DNA of 64,000 nucleotides. It comes from Auanema rhodensis. Its lineage: Eukaryota > Animalia > Nematoda. Below the pieces are notes generated by a model that did not search any database, was not told where the DNA came from, and was given only the letters and a program-made list of their open reading frames with translations. Numbering within the stretch: position 1 is the first letter of the stretch; each line of letters begins with the position of its first letter. Positions 1 through 14,500 of this stretch are shown here, in pieces. The DNA lies in contig OZ059896.1 of the NCBI GenBank assembly GCA_964057225.1, positions 12,214,001 through 12,278,000 of the forward strand, given 5' to 3'. Both the position numbers and the translations under genes were made by a program.

Positions 1-334
1 ATTGTGATGCTCAAAAACTGAAACAGTTGAATATTTTGTAATTTCTAAACCATTTTACTCCATCGCTTTTATTTAATTCCATATTTTAAACAATTTTATA
101 TTTCTACCGCTATTTCATAATTTCATTTTTTAAATTTTTAATCATTAAAAAACATTTAAATTTCAATATTGTGATGCTCAAAAACTGAAACATTTAAATA
201 TTTTGTATTTTCTAAACCATTTCACTCCATCTCTTTCATTTAATTCCATATTTTAAACAATTTTATATTTCTACCACGAATTCATAACTTCATTTTTTAA
301 ATTTTTGATCATTAAAAAACATTTAAATTTCAAT

Positions 335-3300
335 GTTGTGATGCTTAAAAACTGAAACAGTTGAATATTTTGTAATTTCTAAACCATTTTACTCCATCTC
401 TTTCATTCAATTCCATATTTTAAACAATTTTATATTTCTACCACGAATTCATAACTTCATTTTTTAAATTTTTAATCATTAAAAAACATTTAAATTTCAA
501 TATTGTTATGCTCAAAAACTGAAACATTTAAATATTTTGTATTTTCTAAACCATTTCACTCCATCTCTTTCATTTAATTCCATATTTTAAACAATTTTAT
601 ATTTCTACCACGAATTCATAACTTCATTTTTTAAATTTTAGATCATTAAAAAACATTTAAATTTCAATATTGTGATGCTCAAAAACTGAAACAGTTGAAT
701 ATTTTGTAATTTCTAAACCATTTTACTCCATCGCTTTTATTTAATCCCATATTTTAAACAATTTTATATTTCTACCGCTATTTCATAATTTCATTTTTTA
801 AATTTTTAATCATTAAAAAACATTTAAATTTCAATATTGTGATGCTCAAAAACTGAAACAGTTGAATATTTTGTAATTTCTAAACCATTTTACTCCATCG
901 CTTTTATTTAATTCCATATTTTAAACAATTTTATATTTCTACCGCTATTTCATAATTTCATTTTTTAAATTTTTAATCATTAAAAAACATTTAAATTTCA
1001 ATATTGTGATGCTCAAAAACTGAAACATTTAAATATTTTGTATTTTCTAAACCATTTCACTCCATCTCTTTCATTTAATTCCATATTTTAAACAATTTTA
1101 TATTTCTACCACGAATTCATAACTTCATTTTTTAAATTTTTGATCATTAAAAAACATTTAAATTTCAATGTTGTGATGCTCAAAAACTGAAACAGTTGAA
1201 TATTTTGTAATTTCTAAACCATTTTACTCCATCGCTTTTATTTAATCTCATATTTTAAACAATTTTATATTTCTACCGCTATTTCATAATTTCATTTTTT
1301 AAATTTTTAATCATTAAAAAACATTTAAATTTCAATATTGTGATGCTCAAAAACTGAAACAGTTGAATATTTTGTATTTTCTAAACCATTTTACTTCATA
1401 TCTTTCATTTAATTCCATATTTTAAACAGTTTTATATTTCTACCACGAATTCATAACTTCATTTTTTAAATTTTTAATCATTAAAAAACATTTAAATTTC
1501 AATATTGTGATGCTCAAAAACTGAAACAGTTGAATATTTTGTATTTTCTAAACCATTTTACTCCATCTATTTTATTTAATCCCACATTTTAAACAATTTT
1601 TTATTTCTACCGCTGTTCCATAAATTCATTTTTTAAATTTTTAATCATTAAAAAACATATAAATTTCAATATTGTGATGCTCAAAAACTGAAACATTTAA
1701 ATATTTTGTAATTTCTAAACCATTTTACTCCATCGCTTTTATTTAATTCCATATTTTAAACAATTTTATATTTCTACCGCTATTTCATAATTTCATTCTT
1801 TAAATTTTTAATCATTAAAAAACATTTAAATTTCAATCTTGTGATGCTCAAAAACTGAAACAGTTAAATATTTTGTATTTTCTAAACCATTTCACTCCAT
1901 CTCTTTCATTTAATTCCATATTATAAACAATTTTATATTTCTACCACGAATTCATAACTTCATTTTTTAAATTTTTAATCATTAAAAAACATTTAAATTT
2001 CAATATTGTGATGCTCAAAAACTGAAACAGTTGAATATTTTGTAATTTCTTAACCATTTTACTCCATCGCTTTTATTCAATCTCATATTTTAAACAATTT
2101 TATATTTCTACCGCTATTTCATAATTTCATTTTTTAAATTTTTAATCATTAAAAAACATTTAAATTTCAATATTGTGATGCTCAAAAACTGAAACAGTTG
2201 AATATTTTGTATTTTCTAAACCATTTTACTTCATATCTTTCATTTAATTTCATATTTTAAACAATTTTATATTTCTACCACGAATTCATAACTTCATTTT
2301 TTAAATTTTTAATCATTAAAAAACATTTAAATTTCAATATTGTGATGCTCAAAAACTGAAACAGTTGAATATTTTGTATTTTCTAAACCATTTTACTCCA
2401 TCTATTTTATTTAATCCCACATTTTAAACAATTTTATATTTCTACCGCTGTTTCATAAATTCATTTTTTAAATTTTTAATCATTAAAAAACATATAAATT
2501 TCAATATTGTGATGCTCAAAAACTGAAACATTTAAATATTTTGTATTTTCTAAACCATTTCACTCCATCTCTTTCATTTAATTCCATATTTTAAACAATT
2601 TTATATTTCTACCACGAATTCATAACTTCATTTTTTAAATTTTTATTCATTAAAAAACATTTAAATTTCAATATTGTGATGCTCAAAAACTGAAACAGTT
2701 GAATATTTTGTAATTTCTAAACCATTTTACTCCATCTCTTTCATTTAATTCCATATTTTAAACAATTTTATATTTCTACCACGAATTCATAACTTCATTT
2801 TTTAAATTTTTGATCATTAAAAAACATTTAAATTTCAATGTTGTGATGCTCAAAAACTGAAACAGTTGAATATTTTGTAATTTCTAAACCATTTTACTCC
2901 ATCGCTTTTATTTAATTCCATATTTTAAACAATTTTATATTTCTACCGCTATTTCATAATTTCATTTTTTAAATTTTTAATCATTAAAAAACATTTAAAT
3001 TTCAATATTGTGATGCTCAAAAACTGAAACAGTTGAATATTTTGTAATTTCTAAACCATTTTACTCCATCGCTTTTATTTAATTCCATATTTTAAACAAT
3101 TTTATATTTCTACCGCTATTTCATAATTTCATTTTTTAAATTTTTAATCATTAAAAAACATTTAAATTTCAATATTGTGATGCTCAAAAACTGAAACATT
3201 TAAATATTTTGTATTTTCTAAACCATTTCACTCCATCTCTTTCATTTAATTCCATATTTTAAACAATTTTATATTTCTACCACGAATTCATAACTTCATT

Positions 3301-4676
3301 TTTTAAATTTTTGATCATTAAAAAACATTTAAATTTCAATGTTGTGATGCTCAAAAACTGAAACAGTTGAATATTTTGTAATTTCTAAACCATTTTACTC
3401 CATCTCTTTCATTTAATTCCATATTTTAAACAATTTTATATTTCTACCACGAATTCATAACTTCATTTTTTAAATTTTTAATCATTAAAAAACATTTAAA
3501 TTTCAATATTGTTATGCTCAAAAACTGAAACATTTAAATATTTTGTATTTTCTAAACCATTTCACTCCATCTCTTTCATTTAATTCCATATTTTAAACAA
3601 TTTTATATTTCTACCACGAATTCATAACTTCATTTTTTAAATTTTAGATCATTAAAAAACATTTAAATTTCAATATTGTGATGCTCAAAAACTGAAACAG
3701 TTGAATATTTTGTAATTTCTAAACCATTTTACTCCATCGCTTTTATTTAATCCCATATTTTAAACAATTTTATATTTCTACCGCTATTTCATAATTTCAT
3801 TTTTTAAATTTTTAATCATTAAAAAACATTTAAATTTCAATATTGTGATGCTCAAAAACTGAAACAGTTGAATATTTTGTAATTTCTAAACCATTTTACT
3901 CCATCGCTTTTATTTAATTCCATATTTTAAACAATTTTATATTTCTACCGCTATTTCATAATTTCATTTTTTAAATTTTTAATCATTAAAAAACATTTAA
4001 ATTTCAATATTGTGATGCTCAAAAACTGAAACATTTAAATATTTTGTATTTTCTAAACCATTTCACTCCATCTCTTTCATTTAATTCCATATTTTAAACA
4101 ATTTTATATTTCTACCACGAATTCATAACTTCATTTTTTAAATTTTTGATCATTAAAAAACATTTAAATTTCAATGTTGTGATGCTCAAAAACTGAAACA
4201 GTTGAATATTTTGTAATTTCTAAACCATTTTACTCCATCGCTTTTATTTAATCTCATATTTTAAACAATTTTATATTTCTACCGCTATTTCATAATTTCA
4301 TTTTTTAAATTTTTAATCATTAAAAAACATTTAAATTTCAATATTGTGATGCTCAAAAACTGAAACAGTTGAATATTTTGTATTTTCTAAACCATTTTAC
4401 TTCATATCTTTCATTTAATTCCATATTTTAAACAATTTTATATTTCTACCACGAATTCATAACTTCATTTTTTAAATTTTTAATCATTAAAAAACATTTA
4501 AATTTCAATATTGTGATGCTCAAAAACTGAAACAGTTGAATATTTTGTATTTTCTAAACCATTTTACTCCATCTATTTTATTTAATCCCACATTTTAAAC
4601 AATTTTTTATTTCTACCGCTGTTTCATAAATTCATTTTTTAAATTTTTAATCATTAAAAAACATATAAATTTCAAT
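335..4676. repeat. Local 18-monomer (3,006-bp) duplication within the satellite
   Basis: Rare variants ATTGTTATG (monomers at 502 and 3508) and TTTTAGATC (~640 and ~3646) recur at an offset of 3006 = 18x167. Boundaries are approximate. Confidence 0.8.
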
Positions 4677-5511
4677 ATTGTGATGCTCAAAAACTGAAAC
4701 ATTTAAATATTTTGTATTTTCTAAACCATTTCACTCCATCTCTTTCATTTAATTCCATATTTTAAACAATTTTATATTTCTACCACAAATTCATAACTTC
4801 ATTTTTTAAATTTTTGATCATTAAAAAACATTTAAATTTCAATATTGTGATGCTCAAAAACTGAAACAGTTAAATATTTTGTATTTTCTAAACCATTTCA
4901 CTCCATCTCTTTCATTTAATTCCATATTATAAACAATTTTATATTTCTACCACGAATTCATAACTTCATTTTTTAAATTTTTAATCATTAAAAAACATTT
5001 AAATTTCAATATTGTGATGCTCAAAAACTGAAACATTTAAATATTTTGTATTTTCTAAACCATTTTACTCCATCGCTTTTATTTAATCCCATATTTTAAA
5101 CAATTTTATATTTCTACCACGAATTCATAACTTCATTTTTTAAATTTTTGATCATTAAAAAACATTTAAATTTCAATATTGTGATGCTCAAAAACTGAAA
5201 CAGTTGAATATTTTGTATTTTCTAAACCATTTCACTCCATCTCTTCCATTTAATTCCATATTTTAAACAATTTTATATTTCTACCACGAATTCATAACTT
5301 CATTTTTTAAATTTTTAATCATTAAAAAACATTTAAATTTCAATATTGTGATGCTCAAAAACTGAAACAGTTGAATATTTTGTATTTTCTAAACCATTTC
5401 ACTCCATCTCTTTCATTTAATTCCATATTTTAAACAATTTTATATTTCTACCACGAATTCATAACTTCATTTTTTAAATTTTTGATCATTAAAAAACATT
5501 TAAATTTCAAT

Positions 5512-8500
5512 ATTGTGATGCTCAAAAACTGAAACAGTTGAATATTTTGTATTTTCTAAACCATTTCACTCCATCTCTTCCATTTAATTCCATATTTTAA
5601 ACAATTTTATATTTCTACCACGAATTCATATCTTCATTTTTTAAATTTTTAATCATTAAAAAACATTTAAATTTCAATATTGTGATGCTCAAAAACTAAA
5701 ACAGTTGAATATTTTGTAATTTCTAAACCATTTTACTCCATCGCTTTTATTTAGTCCCATATTTTAAACAATTTTATATTTCTACCGCTATTTCATAATT
5801 TCATTTTTTAAATTTTTAATCATTAAAAAACATTTAAATTTCAATATTGTGATGCTCAAAAACTGAAACAGTTGAATATTTTGTATTTTCTAAACCATTT
5901 TACTTCATATCTTTCATTTAATTCCATATTTTAAACAATTTTATGTTTCTACCACGAATTCATAACTTCATTTTTTAAATTTTTAATCATTAAAAAACAT
6001 TTAAATTTCAATATTGTGATGCTCAAAAACTGAAACAGTTGAATATTTTGTAATTTCTAAACCATTTTACTCCATCGCTTTTATTTAATTCCATATTTTA
6101 AACAATTTTATATTTCTACCGCTATTTCATAATTTCATTTTTTAAATTTTTAATCATTAAAAAACATTTAAATTTCAATATTGTGATGCTCAAAAACTGA
6201 AACATTTAAATATTTTGTTTTTACTAAACCATTTCACTCCATCTCTTTCATTTAATTCCATATTTTAAACAATTTTATATTTCTACCACGAATTCATAAC
6301 TTCATTTTTTAAATTTTTGATCATTAAAAAACATTTAAATTTCAATGTTGTGATGCTCAAAAACTGAAACAGTTGAATATTTTGTAATTTCTAAACCATT
6401 TTACTCCATCTCTTTCATTTAATTCCATATTTTAAACAATTTTATATTTCTACCTCGAATTCATAACTTCATTTTTCAAATTTTTAATCATTAAAAAACA
6501 TTTAAATTTCAATATTGTGATGCTCAAAAACTGAAACATTTAAATATTTTGTATTTTCTAAACCATTTCACTCCATCTCTTTCATTTAATTCCATATTTT
6601 AAACAATTTTATATTTCTACCACGAATTCATAACTTCATTTTTTAAAATTTTGATCATTAAAAAACATTTAAATTTCAATATTGTGATGCTCAAAAACTG
6701 AAACAGTTGAATATTTTGTAATTTCTAAACCATTTTACTCCATCGCTTTTATTTAATCCCATATTTTAAACAATTTTATATTTCTACCGCTATTTCATAA
6801 TTTCATTTTTTAAATTTTTAATCATTAAAAAACATTCAAATTTCAATATTGTGATGCTCAAAAACTGAAACAGTTGAATATTTTGTAATTTCTAAACCAT
6901 TTTACTCCATCGCTTTTATTTAATTCCATATTTTAAACAATTTTATATTTCTACCGCTATTTCATAATTTCATTCTTTAAATTTTTAATCATTAAAAAAC
7001 ATTTAAATTTCAATATTGTGATGCTCAAAAACTGAAACATTTAAATATTTTGTATTTTCTAAACCATTTCACTCCATCTCTTTCATTTAATTCCATATTT
7101 TAAACAATTTTATATTTCTACCACGAATTCATAACTTCATTTTTTAAATTTTTAATCATTAAAAAACATATAAATTTCAATATTGTGATGCTCAAAAACT
7201 GAAACATTTAAATATTTTGTATTTTCTAAACCATTTTACTCCATCGCTTTTATTTAATCTCATATTTCAAACAATTTTATATTTCTACCGCTATTTCATA
7301 ATTTCATTTTTTAAATTTTTGATCATTAAAAAACATTTAAATTTCAATATTGTGATGCTCAAAAACTGAAACAGTTGAATATTTTGTATTTTCTAAACCA
7401 TTTCACTCCATCTCTTCCATTTAATTCCATATTTTAAACAATTTTATATTTCTACCACGAATTCATATCTTCATTTTTTAAATTTTTAATCATTAAAAAA
7501 CATTTAAATTTCAATATTGTGATGCTCAAAAACTAAAACAGTTGAATATTTTGTAATTTCTAAACCATTTTACTCCATCGCTTTTATTTAGTCCCATATT
7601 TTAAACAATTTTATATTTCTACCGCTATTTCATAATTTCATTTTTTAAATTTTTAATCATTAAAAAACATTTAAATTTCAATATTGTGATGCTCAAAAAC
7701 TGAAACAGTTGAATATTTTGTATTTTCTAAACCATTTTACTTCATATCTTTCATTTAATTCCATATTTTAAACAATTTTATATTTCTACCACGAATTCAT
7801 AACTTCATTTTTTAAATTTTTAATCATTAAAAAACATTTAAATTTCAATATTGTGATGCTCAAAAACTGAAACAGTTGAATATTTTGTAATTTCTAAACC
7901 ATTTTACTCCATCGCTTTTATTTAATTCCATATTTTAAACAATTTTATATTTCTACCGCTATTTCATAATTTCATTTTTTAAATTTTTAATCATTAAAAA
8001 ACATTTAAATTTCAATATTGTGATGCTCAAAAACTGAAACATTTAAATATTTTGTTTTTACTAAACCATTTCACTCCATCTCTTTCATTTAATTCCATAT
8101 TTTAAACAATTTTATATTTCTACCACGAATTCATAACTTCATTTTTTAAATTTTTGATCATTAAAAAACATTTAAATTTCAATGTTGTGATGCTCAAAAA
8201 CTGAAACAGTTGAATATTTTGTAATTTCTAAACCATTTTACTCCATCTCTTTCATTTAATTCCATATTTTAAACAATTTTATATTTCTACCTCGAATTCA
8301 TAACTTCATTTTTCAAATTTTTAATCATTAAAAAACATTTAAATTTCAATATTGTGATGCTCAAAAACTGAAACATTTAAATATTTTGTATTTTCTAAAC
8401 CATTTCACTCCATCTCTTTCATTTAATTCCATATTTTAAACAATTTTATATTTCTACCACGAATTCATAACTTCATTTTTTAAATTTTTGATCATTAAAA

Positions 8501-11500
8501 AACATTTAAATTTCAATATTGTGATGCTCAAAAACTGAAACAGTTGAATATTTTGTAATTTCTAAACCATTTTACTCCATCGCTTTTATTTAATCCCATA
8601 TTTTAAACAATTTTATATTTCTACCGCTATTTCATAATTTCATTTTTTAAATTTTTAATCATTAAAAAACATTCAAATTTCAATATTGTGATGCTCAAAA
8701 ACTGAAACAGTTGAATATTTTGTAATTTCTAAACCATTTTACTCCATCGCTTTTATTTAATTCCATATTTTAAACAATTTTATATTTCTACCGCTATTTC
8801 ATAATTTCATTCTTTAAATTTTTAATCATTAAAAAACATTTAAATTTCAATATTGTGATGCTCAAAAACTGAAACATTTAAATATTTTGTATTTTCTAAA
8901 CCATTTCACTCCATCTCTTTCATTTAATTCCATATTTTAAACAATTTTATATTTCTACCACGAATTCATAACTTCATTTTTTAAATTTTTAATCATTAAA
9001 AAACATTTAAATTTCAATATTGTGATGCTCAAAAACTGAAACAGTTGAATATTTTGTATTTTCTAAACCATTTTACTTCATATCTTTCATTTAATTTCAT
9101 ATTTTAAACAATTTTATATTTCTACCACGAATTCATAACTTCATTTTTTAAATTTTTAATCATTAAAAAACATTTAAATTTCAATATTGTGATGCTCAAA
9201 AACTGAAACAGTTGAATATTTTGTAATTTCTAAACCATTTTACTCCATCGCTTTTATTTAATTCCATATTTTAAACAATTTTATATTTCTACCGCTATTT
9301 CATAATTTCATTTTTTAAATTTTTAATCATTAAAAAACATTTAAATTTCAATATTGTGATGCTCAAAAACTGAAACATTTAAATATTTTGTATTTTCTAA
9401 ACCATTTCACTCCATCTCTTTCATTTAATTCCATATTTTAAACAATTTTATATTTCTACCACGAATTCATAACTTCATTTTTTAAATTTTTAATCATTAA
9501 AAAACATATAAATTTCAATATTGTGATGCTCAAAAACTGAAACATTTAAATATTTTGTATTTTCTAAACCATTTTACTCCATCGCTTTTATTTAATCTCA
9601 TATTTTAAACAATTTTATATTTCTACCGCTATTTCATAATTTCATTTTTTAAATTTTTGATCATTAAAAAACATTTAAATTTCAATATTGTGATGCTCAA
9701 AAACTGAAACAGTTGAATATTTTGTATTTTCTAAACCATTTCACTCCATCTCTTCCATTTAATTCCATATTTTAAACAATTTTATATTTCTACCACGAAT
9801 TCATATCTTCATTTTTTAAATTTTTAATCATTAAAAAACATTTAAATTTCAATATTGTGATGCTCAAAAACTAAAACAGTTGAATATTTTGTAATTTCTA
9901 AACCATTTTACTCCATCGCTTTTATTTAGTCCCATATTTTAAACAATTTTATATTTCTACCGCTATTTCATAATTTCATTTTTTAAATTTTTAATCATTA
10001 AAAAACATTTAAATTTCAATATTGTGATGCTCAAAAACTGAAACAGTTGAATATTTTGTATTTTCTAAACCATTTTACTTCATATCTTTCATTTAATTCC
10101 ATATTTTAAACAATTTTATATTTCTACCACGAATTCATAACTTCATTTTTCAAATTTTTAATCATTAAAAAACATTTAAATTTCAATATTGTGATGCTCA
10201 AAAACTGGAACAGTTGAATATTTTGTAATTTCTAAACCATTTTACTCCATCGCTTTTATTTAATTCCATATTTTAAACAATTTTATATTTCTACCGCTAT
10301 TTCATAATTTCATTTTTTAAATTTTTAATCATTAAAAAACATTTAAATTTCAATATTGTGATGCTCAAAAACTGAAACATTTAAATATTTTGTTTTTACT
10401 AAACCATTTCACTCCATCTCTTTCATTTAATTCCATATTTTAAACAATTTTATATTTCTACCACGAATTCATAACTTCATTTTTTAAATTTTTGATCATT
10501 AAAAAACATTTAAATTTCAATGTTGTGATGCTCAAAAACTGAAACAGTTGAATATTTTGTAATTTCTAAACCATTTTACTCCATCTCTTTCATTTAATTC
10601 CATATTTTAAACAATTTTATATTTCTACCTCGAATTCATAACTTCATTTTTCAAATTTTTAATCATTAAAAAACATTTAAATTTCAATATTGTGATGCTC
10701 AAAAACTGAAACATTTAAATATTTTGTATTTTCTAAACCATTTCACTCCATCTCTTTCATTTAATTCCATATTTTAAACAATTTTATATTTCTACCACGA
10801 ATTCATAACTTCATTTTTTAAATTTTTGATCATTAAAAAACATTTAAATTTCAATATTGTGATGCTCAAAAACTGAAACAGTTGAATATTTTGTAATTTC
10901 TAAACCATTTTACTCCATCGCTTTTATTTAATCCCATATTTTAAACAATTTTATATTTCTACCGCTATTTCATAATTTCATTTTTTAAATTTTTAATCAT
11001 TAAAAAACATTCAAATTTCAATATTGTGATGCTCAAAAACTGAAACAGTTGAATATTTTGTAATTTCTAAACCATTTTACTCCATCGCTTTTATTTAATT
11101 CCATATTTTAAACAATTTTATATTTCTACCGCTATTTCATAATTTCATTCTTTAAATTTTTAATCATTAAAAAACATTTAAATTTCAATATTGTGATGCT
11201 CAAAAACTGAAACATTTAAATATTTTGTATTTTCTAAACCATTTCACTCCATCTCTTTCATTTAATTCCATATTTTAAACAATTTTATATTTCTACCACG
11301 AATTCATAACTTCATTTTTTAAATTTTTAATCATTAAAAAACATTTAAATTTCAATATTGTGATGCTCAAAAACTGAAACAGTTGAATATTTTGTATTTT
11401 CTAAACCATTTTACTTCATATCTTTCATTTAATTTCATATTTTAAACAATTTTATATTTCTACCACGAATTCATAACTTCATTTTTTAAATTTTTAATCA

Positions 11501-14500
11501 TTAAAAAACATTTAAATTTCAATATTGTGATGCTCAAAAACTGAAACAGTTGAATATTTTGTAATTTCTAAACCATTTTACTCCATCGCTTTTATTTAAT
11601 TCCATATTTTAAACAATTTTATATTTCTACCGCTATTTCATAATTTCATTTTTTAAATTTTTAATCATTAAAAAACATTTAAATTTCAATATTTTGATGC
11701 TCAAAAACTGAAACATTTAAATATTTTGTATTTTCTAAACCATTTCACTCCATCTCTTTCATTTAATTCCATATTTTAAACAATTTTATATTTCTACCAC
11801 GAATTCATAACTTCATTTTTTAAATTTTTAATCATTAAAAAACATATAAATTTCAATATTGTGATGCTCAAAAACTGAAACATTTAAATATTTTGTATTT
11901 TCTAAACCATTTTACTCCATCGCTTTTATTTAATCTCATATTTTAAACAATTTTATATTTCTACCGCTATTTCATAATTTCATTTTTTAAATTTTTGATC
12001 ATTAAAAAACATTTAAATTTCAATATTGTGATGCTCAAAAACTGAAACAGTTGAATATTTTGTATTTTCTAAACCATTTCACTCCATCTCTTCCATTTAA
12101 TTCCATATTTTAAACAATTTTATATTTCTACCACGAATTCATATCTTCATTTTTTAAATTTTTAATCATTAAAAAACATTTAAATTTCAATATTGTGATG
12201 CTCAAAAACTAAAACAGTTGAATATTTTGTAATTTCTAAACCATTTTACTCCATCGCTTTTATTTAGTCCCATATTTTAAACAATTTTATATTTCTACCA
12301 CGAATTCATAACTTCATTTTTTAAATTTTTAATCATTAAAAAACATTTAAATTTCAATATTGTGATGCTCAAAAACTGAAACAGTTGAATATTTTGTAAT
12401 TTCTAAACCATTTTACTCCATCGCTTTTATTTAATTCCATATTTTAAACAATTTTATATTTCTACCGCTATTTCATAATTTCATTTTTTAAATTTTTAAT
12501 CATTAAAAAACATTTAAATTTCAATATTGTGATGCTCAAAAACTGAAACATTTAAATATTTTGTATTTTCTAAACCATTTCACTCCATCTCTTTCATTTA
12601 ATTCCATATTTTAAACAATTTTATATTTCTACCACGAATTCATAACTTCATTTTTTAAATTTTTAATCATTAAAAAACATATAAATTTCAATATTGTGAT
12701 GCTCAAAAACTGAAACATTTAAATATTTTGTATTTTCTAAACCATTTTACTCCATCGCTTTTATTTAATCTCATATTTTAAACAATTTTATATTTCTACC
12801 GCTATTTCATAATTTCATTTTTTAAATTTTTGATCATTAAAAAACATTTAAATTTCAATATTGTGATGCTCAAAAACTGAAACAGTTGAATATTTTGTAT
12901 TTTCTAAACCATTTCACTCCATCTCTTCCATTTAATTCCATATTTTAAACAATTTTATATTTCTACCACGAATTCATATCTTCATTTTTTAAATTTTTAA
13001 TCATTAAAAAACATTTAAATTTCAATATTGTGATGCTCAAAAACTAAAACAGTTGAATATTTTGTAATTTCTAAACCATTTTACTCCATCGCTTTTATTT
13101 AGTCCCATATTTTAAACAATTTTATATTTCTACCGCTATTTCATAATTTCATTTTTTAAATTTTTAATCATTAAAAAACATTTAAATTTCAATATTGTGA
13201 TGCTCAAAAACTGAAACAGTTGAATATTTTGTATTTTCTAAACCATTTTACTTCATATCTTTCATTTAATTCCATATTTTAAACAATTTTATATTTCTAC
13301 CACGAATTCATAACTTCATTTTTCAAATTTTTAATCATTAAAAAACATTTAAATTTCAATATTGTGATGCTCAAAAACTGGAACAGTTGAATATTTTGTA
13401 ATTTCTAAACCATTTTACTCCATCGCTTTTATTTAATTCCATATTTTAAACAATTTTATATTTCTACCGCTATTTCATAATTTCATTTTTTAAATTTTTA
13501 ATCATTAAAAAACATTTAAATTTCAATATTGTGATGCTCAAAAACTGAAACATTTAAATATTTTGTTTTTACTAAACCATTTCACTCCATCTCTTTCATT
13601 TAATTCCATATTTTAAACAATTTTATATTTCTACCACGAATTCATAACTTCATTTTTTAAATTTTTGATCATTAAAAAACATTTAAATTTCAATGTTGTG
13701 ATGCTCAAAAACTGAAACAGTTGAATATTTTGTAATTTCTAAACCATTTTACTCCATCTCTTTCATTTAATTCCATATTTTAAACAATTTTATATTTCTA
13801 CCTCGAATTCATAACTTCATTTTTCAAATTTTTAATCATTAAAAAACATTTAAATTTCAATATTGTGATGCTCAAAAACTGAAACATTTAAATATTTTGT
13901 ATTTTCTAAACCATTTCACTCCATCTCTTTCATTTAATTCCATATTTTAAACAATTTTATATTTCTACCACGAATTCATAACTTCATTTTTTAAATTTTT
14001 GATCATTAAAAAACATTTAAATTTCAATATTGTGATGCTCAAAAACTGAAACAGTTGAATATTTTGTAATTTCTAAACCATTTTACTCCATCGCTTTTAT
14101 TTAATCCCATATTTTAAACAATTTTATATTTCTACCGCTATTTCATAATTTCATTTTTTAAATTTTTAATCATTAAAAAACATTCAAATTTCAATATTGT
14201 GATGCTCAAAAACTGAAACAGTTGAATATTTTGTAATTTCTAAACCATTTTACTCCATCGCTTTTATTTAATTCCATATTTTAAACAATTTTATATTTCT
14301 ACCGCTATTTCATAATTTCATTCTTTAAATTTTTAATCATTAAAAAACATTTAAATTTCAATATTGTGATGCTCAAAAACTGAAACATTTAAATATTTTG
14401 TATTTTCTAAACCATTTCACTCCATCTCTTTCATTTAATTCCATATTTTAAACAATTTTATATTTCTACCACGAATTCATAACTTCATTTTTTAAATTTT